Positions 60,463-64,000 of a stretch of 64,000 nucleotides of DNA are shown in pieces. The notes under the pieces were generated by a model. That model was not told the origin of the DNA and ran no database searches. It saw only the letters and a list, made by a program, of their open reading frames with translations. The stretch is from Macrostomum hystrix (Eukaryota; Animalia; Platyhelminthes): positions 8,990,001 to 9,054,000 of the forward strand of contig CATNEN010000001.1 of assembly GCA_950097015.1 (NCBI GenBank), given 5' to 3'. Both the position numbers and the translations under genes were made by a program. Positions within the stretch are counted from its first letter, which is position 1, and each line of letters begins with the position of its first letter.

Positions 60463-63062
60463 GTGACTTGGCAACTTCAACTGACTGTTTTTCTGACTTA
60501 AGCTGGAACCTGGAAAGTGACAAAAACAAGGTGAAATAATTTCGTAAAAGGCAAAATAATATCGCGAAGTAAACTAGAACTATGCCTAGAAGTTTTTCTG
60601 TCAGAACATATCCTTAACACAAAATACACAAATAACAGTTTGCTTAAGAGATTCATTATTGAATATCATCCCAATTTATAACTAATAAGTACATACTATG
60701 CTCAAATCAATCAGCCTGAATAAACAATTTTGGCCACACAATTTGGTATAGGCCTATCAGTAAAGCAAAAGCATCACTTTGCTTGGCTTCCCATTGGCCC
60801 TTGCTAGCACACCACAGACCTACAGGCTGCAATTACTAGCTAGTTTACTAAATACAAAGAGCATTTTTATTTCTTTTGCTCCTTAAGAAGCCTATTAATA
60901 GATTGTTAGGCCCTTTCAAATTATTTATAACTTCCAATTTCATTTGTGTTCCATGTCCATCATAAAAAAAATATTCATACACAAATCTTAGAATAAACGA
61001 AAGCAAAATTCACTTGTTAGAAGCTTGACCTCGGAAGGCAAAGCCTTGAAACCAATGGTTATTCTTACTTACCCTTAAATGTTATTACCAGCGAAGCACT
61101 TCTGTTAGGCATAGTGATGGCTAATTAAAATGTTCACATTTAAAATTGAGGAACTCGGCCATAAACAGGCTAAGTTTCTTTTTACCTATTTATTTTAAAC
61201 TAGCTAAGACTATAATCAATAAAATTGTTCAGAAAAATCAGCCTACCAATGTTTCGGCAAGGACCAATATAGAATTATTCTTCTAGTGGTCCTTGTGTTG
61301 TGTTTCTAGCAGCAGCACTAGTAGGAAGTCTAGTCGATTTAAAAAAACATTTTTTTAACAAAGCATAACAAATTGTATACTAAGATCACTTTACAGATAC
61401 CATTTATGGCTGCTTTAGCCTTCATTTTATATTTTTATGATTGCACTGATCATTAATTTTTTACTGATTGTACAAAGTAATGGTAAGCGCAAAAAGCGAA
61501 TCAGCCTTATTTAAGAGTTTGGGTTTTAAATAACGTCATTAAAAGTCAAGAAAAAAATGTATTTGTCGCTAATTGTTCGCGTTTTCCTTCCTTGTTTGTC
61601 TCTGCTTCGCAGGTCTCGCGACACCTCTCCATAAAGAGGTGTTCGTTTTACATAAATTCTGTGCATCATCTGCTTTCGATTATCATTTTGACATTTTCCT
61701 CCAGCTGGTTTGATCTACCGAACATATTTTGTTGTTTTCTTCCGATCTTAACTTTTTACTCAGGACTTCACTGTGTATACTGGCATTGTGAATGCCTGCT
61801 CATTCTATTATGATAGCCGCTTTCTTTTTCGAAATGCATTAGGTGTAGCATGGGATGGTGCTCAACCAATTAATCCTACTGCCTGCTTGACAAAGTCGGG
61901 AATGGGGCCTCTTCATCGTGTTCATCATAACCAAAGGCATTGTTTTATGTCATTTGAGAAAACTTATCTTACGCCCTCACTACTGAATCAAATCAAATAG
62001 TGTACCATAATTACCCATGGGTCACGATATAAAAAATCAAGAATGCCATTCTGCCGCTAGGGTTGGCCGTCTACATAAATTATGCACGATGGGCGTTCCA
62101 TTGTGTGTCAGAGCAAGCGTCACAACACTTGGACCATTTTTCTATCGTAAATATACATTATTTTACCTCACGAATCGCTGGCGACACTGCCGTCCCAATG
62201 CAATCACGATCTCTTCCCCTCCAACTGAGAATCGGCAACACAGAATCACAGCTAGGAGCCGCAATCCGATCTGACTCATCATTGGCAGCGGTAGCCACTC
62301 CGCTCTTGCGTTGGGTTTAATGATTCAACTCTGCGCGGGCAGAGTTTGTAATAGAGGTCTACGTAGTTAGCATTCGTTCAGCCAATCTCATTAGCCCAGG
62401 TATTTTTAGCAGAACAGAACCTTGACCCATAGAAAATTGCAGTCTATATAGATTTAGATGAAAAAAGACGCGATACGATAGTCTACGAGTAGTAATTGAT
62501 TAAAATGTACGAACGAGTTAGAAGCCAGGTACAAGTGGCGGTTAGAATGCCATTTTTACTTAATCCACTTAGTGTAGAAGCTGTATAAGCTGTCGAATCC
62601 GCTTTAAAAAATCTCAGTAGCCAACCACCAATTTATCTGATTCCGAAAACCCGTGGACAAAAACAGACGAAAGGAGATAGAAAAAGAGAGAGAGAGAACA
62701 AAACGAGAGACGCAAGTGTAAAAATGCACAGGTTCTCGCATATTTATTAACTATTTCTGCCTACTGAGAATTGACGGAGACTCTTTAAAAAAGCGAGAGA
62801 ATAGACAAACACTCGGACCAGCCCTGGATACTGTTGAGCGCACTCGTCTGTCTAAAAGCCAATAGGAATTTAGTTTTCCAGTCTGTTTCGAAATTCTAGT
62901 CTCAGTTGCACAGCCAGTCAAAAACTCAACAAAAAGCAGAGCGAGGCAGTGAAGAGCGACAGAGTGAAAAAAGTGGGACTAAAAGAGCAGCTAGGAGCCG
63001 TTCATCTTCAGCCGGTCTGACTAGTCACAGAAACCATCGGAGTCAAGGCCAAGAAGACGGAG

Positions 63063-64000
63063 ATGTCCTCTCCAATGACGGTGACGACAATCAGCGTGCT
63101 GTCGAACTTTTCTAACTCGCGCGCACCCGAAGAGTACCCAGTGGATTCTGCCACCACGGCTGGGGACCTGGTGAAGGCCGTGCTTGCTAGGCACAGCATG
63201 CTTTCAAAGGACCCGCATTTGCTCTACGTGACTCTGGACACACTGGGAGACCGGGGCTTCGTCCAGTCTGTTGAACTGGGAGACAATGCCCGGCTGCTGC
63301 AGCGACTTCGTTCAGCCCGCCTGACGTCTAATCCAGCGCAGAGCCAGGTCTTTGTCATGCACATGCGCTCCGGGGGTCTACTAAAGATACATGACTCGTG
63401 CATTATGCCTGGCAGCTTCTACAACTCACTTTATGTTTCCATGGAGACAACAACAAGCCAGGTGATTGCTTTGCTTCTAGCCTCTTATGGTTCACGCGAG
63501 CAGGCGAACAACTTTCAACTTGTAGCAAAGGACGCAAAAGGTCGCGAAGTTCGTCGACTGACACCTGGCGAGTATCCGCTGGCCGTCCAGCAGCAGTTTC
63601 AGTCGCGTCAGTCTCGAGCAAGCGGTGGAGAGCTAAGCATTCACTTGAAGCGTGCTGGTGATTTGATTCGATCGCCAACGTTTCAGAGACAACCGTCTGA
63701 AGAAGTGGAGTCTGGCGGCAACGATGGAGCTGGCACTGGAGGCGACGGCGGTGGAGAAGTTTTGAGTCGGTCGGAAACTCTCGCTCGACTACAAGCGAGT
63801 TTTCGCGAGCTACAGCGCCTAAGAGAACAAAATCCTGGTCTTTACGACAAGATTTTGGTGGCTGGACAGCAAGCGAAGGGAAAGCAGGCAGCATCGTCAG
63901 GAAAACCGCAGCCAGCGCTAACAGCAAAGCCAAACCGGCACGATGGGAAGAGGGGCTCCCTGTCAGCTAGGCAGCACTCCATTCGACTAGGCTCGTCTCG
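63063..64000 (+). CDS. Probable host gene with tandem Ras-association (ubiquitin-like) domains; 3'-partial and absent from the ORF track
   Basis: Open frame from ATG 63063 to the window end: EEYPVDSATTAGDLVKAVLARH...DPHLLYV; GLLKIHDSCIMPGSFYNSLYVSMETTTSQVIALLLASYG...NFQLV...RRLTPGEYPLAVQ. Confidence 0.75.
   Translation, partial: MSSPMTVTTISVLSNFSNSRAPEEYPVDSATTAGDLVKAVLARHSMLSKDPHLLYVTLDTLGDRGFVQSVELGDNARLLQRLRSARLTSNPAQSQVFVMHMRSGGLLKIHDSCIMPGSFYNSLYVSMETTTSQVIALLLASYGSREQANNFQLVAKDAKGREVRRLTPGEYPLAVQQQFQSRQSRASGGELSIHLKRAGDLIRSPTFQRQPSEEVESGGNDGAGTGGDGGGEVLSRSETLARLQASFRELQRLREQNPGLYDKILVAGQQAKGKQAASSGKPQPALTAKPNRHDGKRGSLSARQHSIRLGSS

Noticed and set aside
63403-63933. Minus-strand ORF with a signal-peptide-like start
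   Set aside because: Lies antisense to the longer RA-domain frame, which has recognisable domain motifs

Overview
Animal (invertebrate) genomic DNA made almost entirely of nested and fragmented mobile elements. One probable host gene, a tandem Ras-association-domain ORF, starts at 63063 and runs off the right edge. Main components: (1) two divergent, decayed copies of a non-LTR retrotransposon whose ORF1 carries an ALKBH2/3-type AlkB dioxygenase domain, each preceded by a conserved small ORF and a conserved non-coding module; (2) a 26.7-kb EnSpm/CACTA-type DNA transposon (19410-46087; CCCGGTGGGACA TIRs, AC TSD) with a transposase, a spliced DUF4806-like gene, a satellite and an intact intronless Hes-like bHLH-WRPW gene behind a 5-unit heat-shock element, plus the right end of a second copy at 1-2657; (3) a nearly intact Mag-type Gypsy element and a second LTR fragment, both with HSE-rich LTRs; (4) four ~2.3-kb solo-LTR-like insertions with 4-bp TSDs; (5) a probable LTR-element 3' end carrying tandem double-RING genes; (6) a frameshifted multi-membrane viral-type glycoprotein gene wedged between mariner fragments; (7) Polinton/adintovirus (PLA2, minor capsid), mariner and Merlin fragments. 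All calls come from reading motifs by eye; no database search was run, so novelty is unverified.
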